A DNA stretch of 62,521 nucleotides, filler included, from Basidioascus undulatus (taxonomy: Eukaryota): the NCBI GenBank assembly GCA_000826855.1. It is 6 parts of 6 records of this genome, joined end to end, with 100 filler letters (N's around TTAATTAATTAA, not from the genome) between each part and the next. Parts side by side here need not be neighbours in the genome. Positions count along the whole stretch, not along the records: positions 1 to 27,404 come from JTLS01000165.1; 5 more parts are not named here. One strand, written 5' to 3'. Positions 12,352 to 24,513 of this stretch are shown in pieces. Below the pieces are notes generated by a model. That model worked only from the letters and a program-made list of their open reading frames with translations, was not told the DNA's origin and did no database searches. Every line of letters starts with the position of its first letter. Position 1 is the stretch's first letter. The position numbers and the translations under genes were made by a program.

Positions 12352-12459
12352 CGACCAGAGCAGGATTTGAACCTACGCGGGCAGAGCCCAACAGATGAAC
12401 AAGCTAGAAACGTGAAAACACATTCTAGTCTGTCGCCTTAACCACTCGGCCATCTGGTC
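12352..12459 (-). tRNA. tRNA-Ser(AGA) with 26-nt intron at 37/38 (12397-12422)
   Basis: GACCAGA/TCTGGTC acceptor, G73, long variable arm GGGCTCTGCCC, GGTTCAAATCC B box. Confidence 0.92.
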
Positions 12460-12646
12460 TTGTGTAACCTATGACGGATTTACATTCTCGAGCTTCGGAG
12501 AACAAAATAAGACTGGAAAGTAGGCATAGATTGATGGTGGCACAGGTGGTCGAGAGGCTATGAAGCTGGGAAGTGGTAGTTAGATGGAAGAGACAGACTG
12601 GTCAGCCGCTCGCGCTTGTTGGCGAGGAAGCCTTGTCTGCCGGTGT

Positions 12647-12716
12647 TGCGGTGCCAAACCATTGATGATATATGGAAGTAATGCGGTGCCAAACCATTCA
12701 TAATATACGGAAGGAA
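12647..12716. repeat. Two imperfect tandem copies of a 35-bp unit
   Basis: TGCGGTGCCAAACCATTgATgATATAtGGAAGtAA / TGCGGTGCCAAACCATTcATaATATAcGGAAGgAA. Confidence 0.8.
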
Positions 12717-14298
12717 GGGCGACCGTCTGGAGAAAAAAAGCACTCCAAGCCTGCGGTGTTGTGGAGGAAGTGGATGCGATCAGGCTGTCGGAGTGCGGAA
12801 GTTTCAAGCCGAGTCGCACACCTGTGTCACAGCATTTCATCGGTAGTCGATCTAGTTTAATGCCTGCTGCAAGAAGTATTAATGGAATATAACAACATAG
12901 TCACTATAATGCTACGTAATTATTCGCGTCTTACCCGATGGTGGTTCTGAGCCGCTGAGCAGCGCCCGCAGCCGTTCTGAAAAGTGAAGTCCATCTTGGA
13001 CTGGAGCATACTTATATTGCGATACAAGCAGGCGCTCCTCTTATATTTAAACGTTTAGGAAAAAGTCTACTTCTGTACACAATCTGCTTGCCAGTACGGG
13101 GCAGCCAGGACTCGACGGGGCCGTCTTTTGTGCGGGCCCCCCTGGCCTGCCAGTGCGAGCTGCAAGGCCGCGAACCATCCACGTTTACTAGTCCCGATTT
13201 CTTGGAAGTTCTCGTTAAGGGATTGAAAGATTACAGGCACCCTCAGCTTTCCCTCTCGTCGAGCAGCCCCACCATATAGGTGTCCCACTGCAGGGCTACT
13301 GCCGGCTTCGGCAGTAGCACTCGCATGTCACCGCTCTGCACACCTCACAGATCAAACCCTTTCACGAGATACCTATTGAAATACCCACAAAGTACAATAC
13401 ACTCACTCGACAAATGCACAAACGGAAACGGAAACGGCGCCACAGCCCAGCGTCCTGTCTGCGCAGCTGTGACCTTTGCACACATTTTCTCACCAACCTG
13501 TTTCAGGCATGCTGGTGGCGCCGATTCCGAAATTCTTCGTTCGCAGCCGGAACAGCAGTGAAAACGACACCACGGCCTTTCTTATCTCCAGCCATCAAGT
13601 GGTCCAAGCGGAAGCGGTCGAGGAGGTGCTGGACTTTTATGTATTCCGCTCGTAGAATCGTAATGTGCGTACGCATGACATGACCATGACCTGCTGCAGA
13701 AAAATGCGGCCCACGCTATAAACTCTTCCCCTTGGCTCTCCAATCGAGGCGAGGCCCTCCGGCAGAGCGGCTGGCAGAAAGCTATCCCAGCCTCGAGCGT
13801 TCACCATGTCCGCCGCCTGAGCCCCTCCTCCTGCTTCTCCATGCTCAATGAAAGGTTAGACGAACAAGGTGACCGTACGGCACAACAGGCATACCCACTG
13901 CATGGCGCCTCCTCAGACGCTCAGCTGCCTGCCCCCGGACTCCACCTCGCAGAGGCCAGCATGCTCACGCAGAGCAGGTTCTCCTTGGGCCGTACAAGCA
14001 AAGCACACCCAAGCACAAGCTCCTCCCGCACGATCTAAAACGTAGCGATGTAGGGCATGCGTAGCGTCTGGATAACTGCACTCCATGTCTCGCACAACCT
14101 CCGCTGAGACCGAGTACAACGGCCGCGACTGCCAAATACAACCCCCGCTGAGACCGAGGGCGCGAGGGGGTGGAGGAGGCGGGGAGGGGGTGGTGGTAAG
14201 AGGGATGTTGATTCCCAATAAGGGGAATTGAGGATTCGGGAGTGGGCGGGTGTGTGGACAGGTGCGGGAAGAAGGGGGAGGAGAGGGGGAGGGCGTAC

Positions 14299-14941
14299 CA
14301 TCCGCAGTTGAGGTCAATCCCGGCTACGTCGGCCTGCACCGTCAGCGCGGCCTTGACCGCGAGCTGCGGGTCGGAGGACCCGATCTGGTAGATGACATAG
14401 GGCCGCTCGATGGGGTGCGTGCTGAAGACCGACTTCTTCTGCTTAATGTAGTCGATCACGCCCGTCGTGGCTGCGCGGGCGCGGGCAGGGTCAGCTACTG
14501 CTTGCGTGAGGCGGACCAGGGATACGCACGATTTACCACTCGTTCAGCTCCAATGACCGCCTTGTCCACGACCTCCGGGCCCCACACCTTCGACGCGCCG
14601 TATTCGAGCGCGAGAAGGCGGGTGGGTACTGCAAGGCAGGTTAGCTGACGGCTCCGGCCCACCTCGCTGCGCAGAAGATACTCACATGAGCCGGTGCGCA
14701 CCATGGGCGCAAGATGCAATCCATTAGAGTAGTCCACCTTCTCGAATGGCAGCTGCTCGGGCTCGGCCGCTTTCAAACGCTTGGCGGGAGGCGGCGAGGC
14801 GGGGGGCGAGGGCGGCGGGTGGTCGGAGACGGGCATGGGGTGTAGGGTGGCGAGGGGGCGGAGGAGGGAGAGGTGGAGAGCGGAAGAACGTGTGTTGTAG
14901 AATAAGGAGCGTGTAGGCGCAATAGTGCGCAGGAGGAGCAT
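14299..14941 (-). CDS. DUS2: tRNA-dihydrouridine synthase 2 (Dus2/Smm1), 5' part only
   Basis: LHLAPMVRTG..VPTRLLALEYGASKVWGPEVVDK...YQIGSSDPQLAVKAA...VAGIDLNCG(C); no downstream exons found. Confidence 0.8.
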
Positions 14942-15227
14942 TACAGAGCGCGAGAGCGTCGTGGCAGAAGGAAGGCAAGCGGGCGTGGGCAGCGGGCGGC
15001 CTCGTCCAAAAAATCGGTGTCGAAACGGGTGAAAATGAGTCGAAATGGGCACATTATTATCTCGGAGCCTCCACCTTGTCTATCTTCAGCCAATCCTCGT
15101 GCTCATCGCAACGCCTCTCACGTGGAGACTTGGTGACTGACATGCATGCGGTCGACGGACGGGGAGCTGGATGGATGACTTCTCTGCGGCGCTCGCGCTC
15201 TCTCCTGCTCACCACCACCACCACCAT

Positions 15228-16842
15228 ATGTTGCGCCTGAGCAGACCTCTCTCCTTGTCCGCGGCGTCATGCAGGGCGTTCTCGACGTCGCGCGTAGCAA
15301 CATCGGCGGCGGCGGCGGCGGTTGTCGAGTCTGAGCTCCCAGACAAGCGGGCGGCGATCAGAGTATGTCGTCCTCTTGCTTTTCGGTGCCCCTTCGCCAC
15401 CCTGACGCGTGCTTGTGGCTTGCTCGAGCAGGCGAGGATCGACCAGCTCGATATGGAGCTTCCGTTCTCCCCGTTCTTGACCGATACGTTTGCGAGGCAG
15501 CACGACTATCTCCGCATCTCGCTCACGGAGAAGTGCAACTTGCGCTGTGCGTCATCCTTCCTTCTTCCCTCTTGGATTGGGCGCTGAGCCAGGGCGTCTG
15601 GTATCACAGGCACATACTGCATGCCGGACGCAGGCATCGACTTGACGCACAAGGACGAGCTGCTCACGGACGACGAGGTCGTCCGCCTCGCGGAGCTCTT
15701 TGTTCGCGAGGGCGTGACGAAGATCCGGTTGACGGGCGGGGAGCCGACGGTCAGGAAGGGGTTCGTGGAGTTGGTGGGTGAGTGTCCCCTTCCTGAGACA
15801 GCGCGAAACGGTTTGTGGTATGCTGACAAGTGGTCCCCCGCAGGGCGCCTGAACGAGCTCCGTCCCCTCGGCCTCAAGCAGATCGCCATGACCACCAACG
15901 GCCTCGCGCTCCACCGCAAACTGCCGCAACTGGTGGAGAACGGATTGACGAATATCAACCTCTCGTGCGTGAAGTCCCAACCGCCGCTTGGGCACCGTCG
16001 CTGACTGCGGGACCTCTTACAGCCTCGATACCATGGACCCTTTCAAGTTCGAGCTCATCACTCGCCGGCGAGGTGCACTCTCACCCCTCCCCCTCCCAGC
16101 ATCCCCTCTCCAACTCACTCTAAACCCTCTCCACGCAGGCCACTCCGCCGTCCTCTCCTCGCTCCAAGCCGCGCTCTCCCTGCCGCTCACCGTGAAGCTC
16201 AACGTCGTCGTGATCAAAGCGCTGAACCTGCCCGAAGTGCCGGACTTCGTCGCGCTGACGCGCGACAACTCGCTCGAGGTGCGCTTCATCGAGTTCATGC
16301 CGTTCGATGGCAACAGGTGGGACGAGGGCAAGCTCGTCCCCACCGCGGACCTGATCGGGCTCATCCGCGCGCGCCACCCGACGCTCACGAAGGTCGAGGA
16401 CGAGGCGAACGAGACGAGCAGGGGGTGGCATGTTCCTGGGTGGAAGGGGAAGATCGGGTTCATTTCGAGGTGCGCTGGCTGGCTTGACTTTCTCTTCTGG
16501 CTTGGGACGCTGGACTGAACGATGCGCCGGATCCGCAGCATGACTGACCACTTCTGCTCGTCCTGCAACCGGCTGCGCATTACAGCGGACGGGAACCTGA
16601 AGGCACGTCCGCGCTCCCTCACCCACCCATTCTCATCTTCCAGCTGACACGCTGCGTGCGCGCAGGTCTGCCTCTTCGGCAACTCCGAAGTCTCCCTGCG
16701 CGACGTGCTCCGTTTGGGCGCGTCCGACGCCGAGCTGCTGGACGTGATCGGCGCGGCGGTGGGGCGCAAGAAGGCCGCGCACGCAGGCATGTCGGTTCTG
16801 CAGCGCACTACGATGCGCCCGATGATCAAGATTGGGGGCTGA
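15228..16842 (+). CDS. MOCS1: GTP 3',8-cyclase, MOCS1A/MoaA cistron with mitochondrial presequence
   Basis: [27 protein letters not shown] (radical SAM CX3CX2C), [43 protein letters not shown], ending [11 protein letters not shown]. Confidence 0.93.
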
Positions 16843-16954
16843 TCGTGTTCTCCCCTGGTCTAGGTACGCTTTGGCTTTCACATGCACTTTCCTCCCGGCT
16901 GCGCTCGCTCGATATACTTTGCAAAATGAAGAAGCTGACGCCGGATGTGTTGGT

Positions 16955-17807
16955 ATGGATGCAGCTCTTCCGAGACGAAGCACGCGCCGGGCGGCGCGCG
17001 TCGACTCGTTCCTCCCCCTCCGCCGCCCATCCCTCCTCCCCTCTTCTCTTCTCCCCACCCAACAGCCGGTCCACCTCCTCCCCCCCTCCCGCCTCTTCCA
17101 CAATTCCCCTTTCACCTGCACCAAAACCGACGCCTCCTCCCCCAAGACCGCTGCGCACCCCTCTTCCTCCTCGTTCTCCGACGCCCCCAAACTCACCCAC
17201 CTCGACGCCGAGGGCAACGCGCGCATGGTCTCCGTCACGCACAAAGCGGCGACGCACCGGCGCGCGACGGCCCAGGCGCGGATCTACCTCAACGCCGCGG
17301 CGTTCGAGCTCGTCGTCAACCCGCCGCGGTCGGACGAGGCGATCAAGCGCGGCAAGCCCGGGAAGGGCGACGTGCTCTCTGTTGCGCAGGTGCGTCTTCC
17401 ATCCCTCCACAACCACCTCCTTCCTCCCTCAGATGCTGATCCGTCGGGCGCCCCTACAGCTCGCAGGCATCATGGCCACGAAACAAACCTCCACCCTCAT
17501 CCCACTTTGCCATCCCCTCCCTCTAACCTCCGTGCGCGTCACACTGCACCCGGAGCGCGAAACGCACTCCGTCCTCGTGCGCTGCACGACCGAGTGCCTC
17601 GGCCCGACCGGCGTCGAGATGGAGGCGATCATGGGCGCGAACGCCGCGGCGCTCGTGGTGTGGGACATGGTGAAGGCTGTTGCAGGGCGCGATATGCGCA
17701 TTGGGGATGTCATGGTGCTGGAAAAGAGCGGCGGGAAGAGTGGGGATTGGGAGAGGCGGGGGGATAGGGCGAGGAAGAGCGGGAAGGACGAGAAGGGGGA
17801 GAGCTGA
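16955..17807 (+). CDS. MOCS1: cPMP synthase, MOCS1B/MoaC cistron (start uncertain)
   Basis: LTHLDAEGNARMVSV...KGDVLSVAQ|LAGIMATKQTSTLIPLCHP...TGVEMEA...WDMVKAV...LEKSGGKSGDW; intron 17390-17459. Confidence 0.92.
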
Positions 17808-19274
17808 AGAGCATTGAAGTGACATGAAGGGATTTCTGGCGCTCGGCTTGATTTTTATTGTTGCTGCTTCCAGCGAGCTCTTCGCAGCGCATCCTGGTAT
17901 GACTGCGATCCTATTACCCATTGGTACAACCAATTTGAGAGCCTTGCTCAGCGACCCTCGCCCTCATGTCTCCGCCGCCGCCACCGCCACCGAGTCCACC
18001 GAGTCAACATCGACGACCGTCACGGGCGAGCCGAGCCGCACGGGGACAACGACAACGACGCTGGTGTCCCCCCGGGCCGAGCGCCGCTTGGCCGCTGCTG
18101 AGGAGGGTTGGAAGGCGTACTGCAAGTTGTTGCATCATTAAAGAGAAAGCTCAAGGGAGGAATGGTGGTGGAAGGGTGGAGCTAGACATACGTCTGATAC
18201 AGAGTAGACGGGTGCGGCCGTAGCGAGGGCGGCAACGAGGAGGGTGAAGAGGATAGAGAGGCGGGCCATCGTTTCGCGTCGTGGCAGGGAGGGTTATTTT
18301 AGAGAAGAGGTGTAATTTTGGGCTTCCAAGGATTCTACTTAGGGATATCACGGGAGTGAAGCTGGGAGACTGTTCGTGAGTGCCCGTAAAAGGTCGTCAA
18401 CACGAGCCAGCTGTGTAATGTCTGTTTCGCGGGGAAGGAAGACGCTGAGAGACAACCTCAAGGCCTTTTATGTGCTCTTCATCAGGCCTGAGCACCCCAT
18501 GGTACATCTTCTTAGCGGAAGGCCTGCGCGTCCGACCACTTGAGCATGAATGCATGGACGACGCTCGGCAGTGTTGACGAACTTGAACACGGTCAGAGCG
18601 TTGTCGCTTGCGGGCGCCGGTAGGCATTGCCGGTTGAGCTGAGATCCAGTTGATGGTAGGCAGACATGATCGCTTCTTTAGTGAAGTGATATTCGGGTTC
18701 TGCTGGGAGGACAGTAGGTCCGAGGCCCACCTTATTAGCTTCTCGAAAAAGTACTTTGCCTCTGCGGAGCGCAACAGGGCGGACTGTGCCTCGCCAGACG
18801 AATATATCCCAGTTCTATTGGGGACGTATATTCGTAAATGTCTCGAAAGTGAGTACCAAGAAAGTGCATCTACGGAGCATGCTTCTACCGGCGACGATCT
18901 GCAGCGGCAGCCGATCGAAAGGGAGTGATGCAGGGTACAGAAACTGCACGCAAAGGTCGTTTGAGACTTGAGGAGTTTTAACCAAGTGAGGCAACAAAGA
19001 TGCGCGAGCTTGCTGGCGGCCCAGCTGCAAAGAGACTTTCCCGTGCAGGCAGGGCTTTCCTTCTACTCTGGGCTTCCAGTTTGAGTCCTTTCACGGAGAC
19101 TTGCAGTTCAGGTTCAATGGACCTGCAGATCCTTAGTCGAGATCTGCCCTTGCAGCAAATAAAAGGCACCGGTCGCCAGGCCCCTTCTCCGCTCCTCCGG
19201 CCGAAACGCGAAACTGTAGGGTATATCATCGCTCAAAACCAAGCCCAGCCCGCACGCCCCAAAGCCTCAGCCCA

Positions 19275-21063
19275 TTACGGCGCCCCACCACCGCCAAGCA
19301 AGTCTGCGCGCCCATCCCAGCTGATCAGCACGCCTCACAACACGCAGCACCGCGCCCCTCGAAACGACACTCACACTCGATCGCAGCCTGCACGTCACCC
19401 CCAGTAGCAAGCAGCGCACGGACATTCTGCCGCGCATCGTAGAAGCCCATGTCCCGCAGCTGGCCAAGCTGGACCTCGAAGCGCTCCTCGGGGGAACGCG
19501 AGTCCGCGGGCGGGGGGGCAGGCGAGCCGCCGAACCCTCCTCCGAAGGGTCCGCCAAACCCACCGCCGCCCGCGCCGAGCAGACCGAGCATCTGCTGCAG
19601 CGCCGCGGGGTCGCCGAAGGGGTTCACGCCCGCCCCCGCCCCCGCGCCGGGGGCCGCACCGAATAGGCCACCGAAGGGGTTTGGAGGGGGTGCAGCGCCG
19701 CCAGAGGGGGTGGTGGTGGTGTTGGAGGAGGTGGAGTCGGCGGCAGGGCGCATGCCGAACGCGCCGGGAGGAGGGAAGGACGCGGCGCCTGAGCTGCCTG
19801 CGCCTGCGCCGCCGAGCCCCGGGAGCCCGCCGCCGAACATCTGCTGCATCTGCATCATGGCGCGGAGGGATTCGGGGTTGGAGCTGCGCGCGCGAGAGGT
19901 CAGCCACGGGGAAGCACATCGGATATGGGCGCGGGACGGACATGAAGTTGCGGAATTGCTCAGACTGCATCATTTGTCGGACCTGCGGACCCATGGCTTG
20001 CAGTTGCGGGTTGGAGGCGATGATCTGCGACGCCCGAGCTCGTTAATCGGCGGTTGGAGTTTTAGGGAGCGGGAGAGGGACAGACCTGGTCAAGCACAGA
20101 CGGGTTCGACATCATCTGCGACATCTGCCGCAGGAACTCGGGCGAGTTCATGAAGTTCTGCATCTGTATTGCGGGGCGGTTTTGGTCAGCCCTCGTTCGA
20201 CCGTCCACCGGACGCGCTGCATGTATCCGGAGTACCCAGCTGTACTTCTGATTCGTCCGCATAGAGCTGCTTCTCTCCTCGAACCTCCAACCCCGCCCTA
20301 TCGCCCAGCCGAATGATGTCCCACGACTCACCATGTTCGGGTCCCCCACGTTCATGCCCATGTTGTTCAGCATTCCCGCCACCCGCGCCGCACCGGGCCC
20401 CATGGCGCCATCGAGCTGCGCGAGCGGGTCGCTCGCCGCCTGGCCTGCAGCGATATTGGACGGGACGCCGGGCGGCGCACCGGGCGCGGCCGCGGCGGGC
20501 TGCGAGCGCGCGGCGCCCTTCACCATGTGGATGGTATTGCCCGAGGCGATCTTGTACGTCGAGAGTTGGTCCTCATCCTGTAGCGTCTAACGTGTAAGAG
20601 ACGAGAATAGAGCGATGTCGGGGAGCCGCCACACACCTTCAGCTGTACCAGCGCCTCCAAGCGTCAGTCTCCGCTCCGCACCTAAAGAAGCGGACAGCTG
20701 CGTACCACTTTGCCGCTGTAGATTAGGCGGAGCTGTAGAAACAATACCGTAGAGGTAGTCGTGGCGGAGTAGGTGCGATTGTGCGATCGAGACAGGGAGT
20801 GGTATGGAAGCCGGACCGTCAGCAGCAGCTCGGAGTAACGGCGAAGGGAGACCAGCGCACCCTCTCAGCGGGCCAGTCGCTGGACTGCGACTCGATCTGT
20901 TTCTTGAGGTCGAGGACAGTCTTGTCCGGGCTGATGGAAAGCGAGAGCTTCGTATCGTTGGAGCCTGACGGGGAACGGTCAGGGTGAGCGAGGGGCGGAG
21001 ATATCGCTAGTCCACCGGCAGGGACGACGCACCCTTGATGTTGATTTGGAGGTCCTCAGCCAT
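19275..21063 (-). CDS. DSK2: Ubiquilin/Dsk2 UBL-STI1-UBA proteasome shuttle factor
   Basis: UBL ([13 protein letters not shown]...NTIHMVK), Met/Gln-rich STI1 region, UBA ([41 protein letters not shown]). Confidence 0.92.
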
Positions 21064-21292
21064 GGTGTCGGTGTAGAGGGAGGGAAATTAGGCCGGGAAG
21101 ACTAGATAATAGGCGCTGGGGCTATGGGCGTGGTCGTGGTCGTCGGTCAAGGAGCTGAGGCGTCCATTGCGATCGATGGCCTCACGTGCAAGGGAGCCAC
21201 GCCCCGCAACGCAACGCGCGGCGTCGTTCGCGCCTTGTTTCCCGACGTCCACGGTGTTCTTCCCGCATCCATCCACGCATCCGCCAGCAATT

Positions 21293-22231
21293 ATGGTGGT
21301 CGGGCTGCCCTTTCTTCCTTTCATTCCCGCTTACCCAGTCATTTTCGCTTGGACGTTCCTCCTTGCGCTCACGACCGGCTCGCATCTCCAGAAGGAGATC
21401 CAACGTCGAGAGGGTGTGCTTACTCATGCGGCCTGTTCACCTTCGACCTGTCTGTTTCGCTCACATAAACCATTCGCATAGTGCTCGTGAGCCCGAAGCA
21501 GGACATCGTGGCGGCAATCTTTTACGGCCTGCTGTGCCCGCTCAGCGTCTTCGGCACCGGCGCGCTGTGGAACGAGAACACTGCCTGGATCGATACCTGG
21601 CTTCGTGCGCTCTGGGTGCGCATCGATCGTCGTCGAGAATTTGTACAGGACGCTCACCCTCCGCTCGGGAACTCAGCTTGATTTCGCCATCGAATGCCTG
21701 CTGGGAGTCTACTCCATCGTCTCTCGCCGCCGGTGCGCCGTCGCAGTAGCAACATTGATGTGTCTCGCTTTGCTTGCTCATTTTTTCCTCTATTTCGCCG
21801 CATCAGTATAATGCAAGCGCGCCTACGCGATCCTTCCATACGGCTGGACGATTGGACGATCCGCAAGGCAGCGATAATGGTTCGTGTTTCGAGTCGGGCT
21901 CCTCTGCTAGTCGGCTTTGCTGATGACTTCCGCCGGCGGGTTCCAGTCCTTCTTCATTGTTCAGTCTACGCAGCTCTACTATTTTGCTGCCGTCCACAGA
22001 TGGCGGGACTCGCTCGGTGCTGGGCCGTAGACCGGTTTCGTTGTACGATGGAGCGCGGATACATGTGGTCTGTCGCGGATTTGATATGCATGAGCATGCC
22101 AACTGCGACCGTCATAAAGGCGCTTACTGTGTATCCCAACAATCAGATATTTATTCTAGATGACAATTGAGCGGAGCTATGTGCAGTTTGGCAGATGTAC
22201 AACGTACTACACTTTATTGTCTTCCTAAGTA
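21293..22231 (+). CDS. Hypothetical multi-pass membrane protein (boundaries approximate)
   Basis: Several hydrophobic exons (VIFAWTFLLALTT, IVAAIFYGLLCPLSVFG) separated by apparent short introns; divergent from DSK2. Confidence 0.35.
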
Positions 22232-22699
22232 GGCCATGGGTCCCTATTCTGAGATCGTCATTATTCAAATAGCGGCAACGAAAGATTGAGCCCCTTCCAA
22301 TATACGCCGTTTCGCTTCTTCATCTGCCCAAAGGCGAGGGCACCGCAGGCCAATGTGTCGCAGCCCCTGGAATGGTCACATAAGGTCGACCATTGACGGA
22401 TCATTGCAGACCCGAGTTTTCAACAACGGCTGCTGCGAGGGACTTGAGGTCATTGCTACAACTTGTTTGCTGGCCTGACCCACGGCGGTTACAGCCGATT
22501 CATGCGAGCTCAACAGATGAATTGCAGTGGAAAAAAACAAAATTTGTTCATAAACATTTCAGCACCGAAGCTGAAACATCTCCAACGGTCACTGCCTGCC
22601 CTTCCCTGCCCGACGACATGCCCTACAATTCACTCCAGCTCTAGCCCATAGCTATACTGCACAAGGATGAACCGAGTATCGGAAGGCGAAGGAAAATGG

Positions 22700-23881
22700 T
22701 CAGCCTCAGTACCTCCTAGTCCACTCATAATGAACCTCTCCCCCATCATACTCTCCCAAACCCGCTTAGCGACCTTCAATCTCCTCATCCATCCTGGCCA
22801 GTCATGACTTCCACAAAGTCCTCCGGAAGCTCCCCTCGGTAGCCCATCTCATTGATATATAATGGCTCTGCTGTGAGGCTAAGAGGACGTTGAGGGAAGC
22901 AAGGAAGAGCGCACTCGATGTTCGTCAGAATCTCATGGTGCCGTTTCTGCAAGAACCTGTGCTGTTCATGCTACAGAGTAGTAGATCGTTTCTGTTGGGT
23001 CCCTTCGATCCGGTCAGCACCAGGCCTCGGAGGCAGTGGATCATCGCAAGCAGCAAGGAACCCACTGTAAGCCCCGCAATTAAACAGCTTCACTGCCGGT
23101 CACGACTTGTGGCAATTCTGGCACTCTTCGTGGCCTGAAACGCGTACCAAGATTGTGGGTAGGCAAGGTGATAAATAAGGGTAGAGAACCCGCAATGCAC
23201 CTTTGCGGTTCTCCTTCCTGCGGCGACATGCTGGCTGGACTTCGCGAGTGGACAGCGTCGGAAGGTAGAGTGGGGACGGCGGCAGAGTGGTGATGGTCGT
23301 TCTGAGATCAACGGCGTTCGGGTTGCGCGAAGGTCTGCTTGTTGATCCGCGAAGGTTGCGGCCCTTCTGTTCCACCAGTGGACCTCGCCCGCCATCGCGT
23401 TCCTTAGCCGTAAGTACTTTATTCGAACCATACAATAGCCCCAAGTCCAGCTACAGTTTTGACACAACGTGCTGAATCGATTCTCGTTCGCTGCGAATGT
23501 GCAGGCAGCCTTAGATCCGGCGAACTGCCCAGCTCTCGTTCACTCAGCTTGCTTTGCTTCCGGAGAAATAGGGTGGATTTCCAACCACAGCGGCATTATT
23601 TTGTCTGCTGGCAAGGGTAGTTGAGGGGTGTATTTTTGGTACAATGCGAGGAAGCGGAGGGCCGCAAGAATGTAGTCCCCGGCAGCGGTGGTGGTGCTCT
23701 CCTCAAGCACCGCCTCGTGAACCAGCATCCCTGGCTTGGTAGGGTCGTAAAGGGGGACTGGATTGAAATGGAGAGGAAGGGGCAACTGCTCGGAGGTGTT
23801 GCGAAGGCATTTGCGAATCATCAGAGACGGCCAGCTTTCTTTCATCGTGTCTGCCTTCCTTCCTTTCATTCTTCCACACAT
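22700..23881 (-). pseudogene. Degenerate coding-like region
   Basis: Protein-like stretch (…GDYILAALRFLALYQKY…) with downstream frames broken by stops; no family recognised. Confidence 0.2.
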
Positions 23882-24513
23882 GGCGTCCAGTCAACCCAAC
23901 AAACGGAACTTCGGGCAAGTTGCGCCGCCCGCATCCGCGCTCCCGGCGCCCGGCAGCCTGTTCCTAAGCTGCGGGGCATTACGGAAATCGCCATACGAGT
24001 CGTCGAAACCTCTTGCGCATCCTCCACATCATTCCAGCGCACACGACACTCCCTCAAGCTTCGTAAGTCTCAAGTACCATGAAATCATGCAAGAACGACT
24101 CAAAATCAAACAACTCGGAAAGGCTGTGAAAGAAAGAAAGCAATGCGACTGGATCGTAGAACGTGGAACGTGGAACGTGGAACAAACGAACGAGAATTGA
24201 TACAACAGCGGGCTCGGTGCTCACGAGCTCGAGACGAAACGACACGAAAAGGGGAAAAGAAGAAATGCTGTACGACATGAACTGTGGACGGTATGAGAAG
24301 ACGGAATGAAGTGAAGGGATATAAACCGCGAAAATTAAATGTGAAACCGTGACGGCGCTGCCTTACCCTCTGCCTCCCGACCCCCATGCTCCCCGCGCCC
24401 AGAAACCAATGGTCGACCGACCCCCCTCCGTCCTTCCTGACCCGACCCACGACCCCTCCGTCCTTCCTGCACTGCAAGCCGCGCGCCTCGCTCGCGGACG
24501 CGGACGCGCAAGC

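Noticed and set aside
12647..12716. CRISPR-like repeat
   Set aside because: Two adjacent imperfect copies with no spacer, in a eukaryotic context.
4497..14941. Functional clustering of tRNA genes with DUS2
   Set aside because: tRNA genes are equally frequent on the unrelated contigs, so the proximity is uninformative.
16840..16863. Stop-codon readthrough from MoaA into MoaC
   Set aside because: A second in-frame TAG follows at 16861 and MoaC is in a different frame.
24159..24183. (AACGTGG)n here and (CGTTTCA)n at ~49232
   Set aside because: Three-copy microsatellites in 3' flanks with no further structure.
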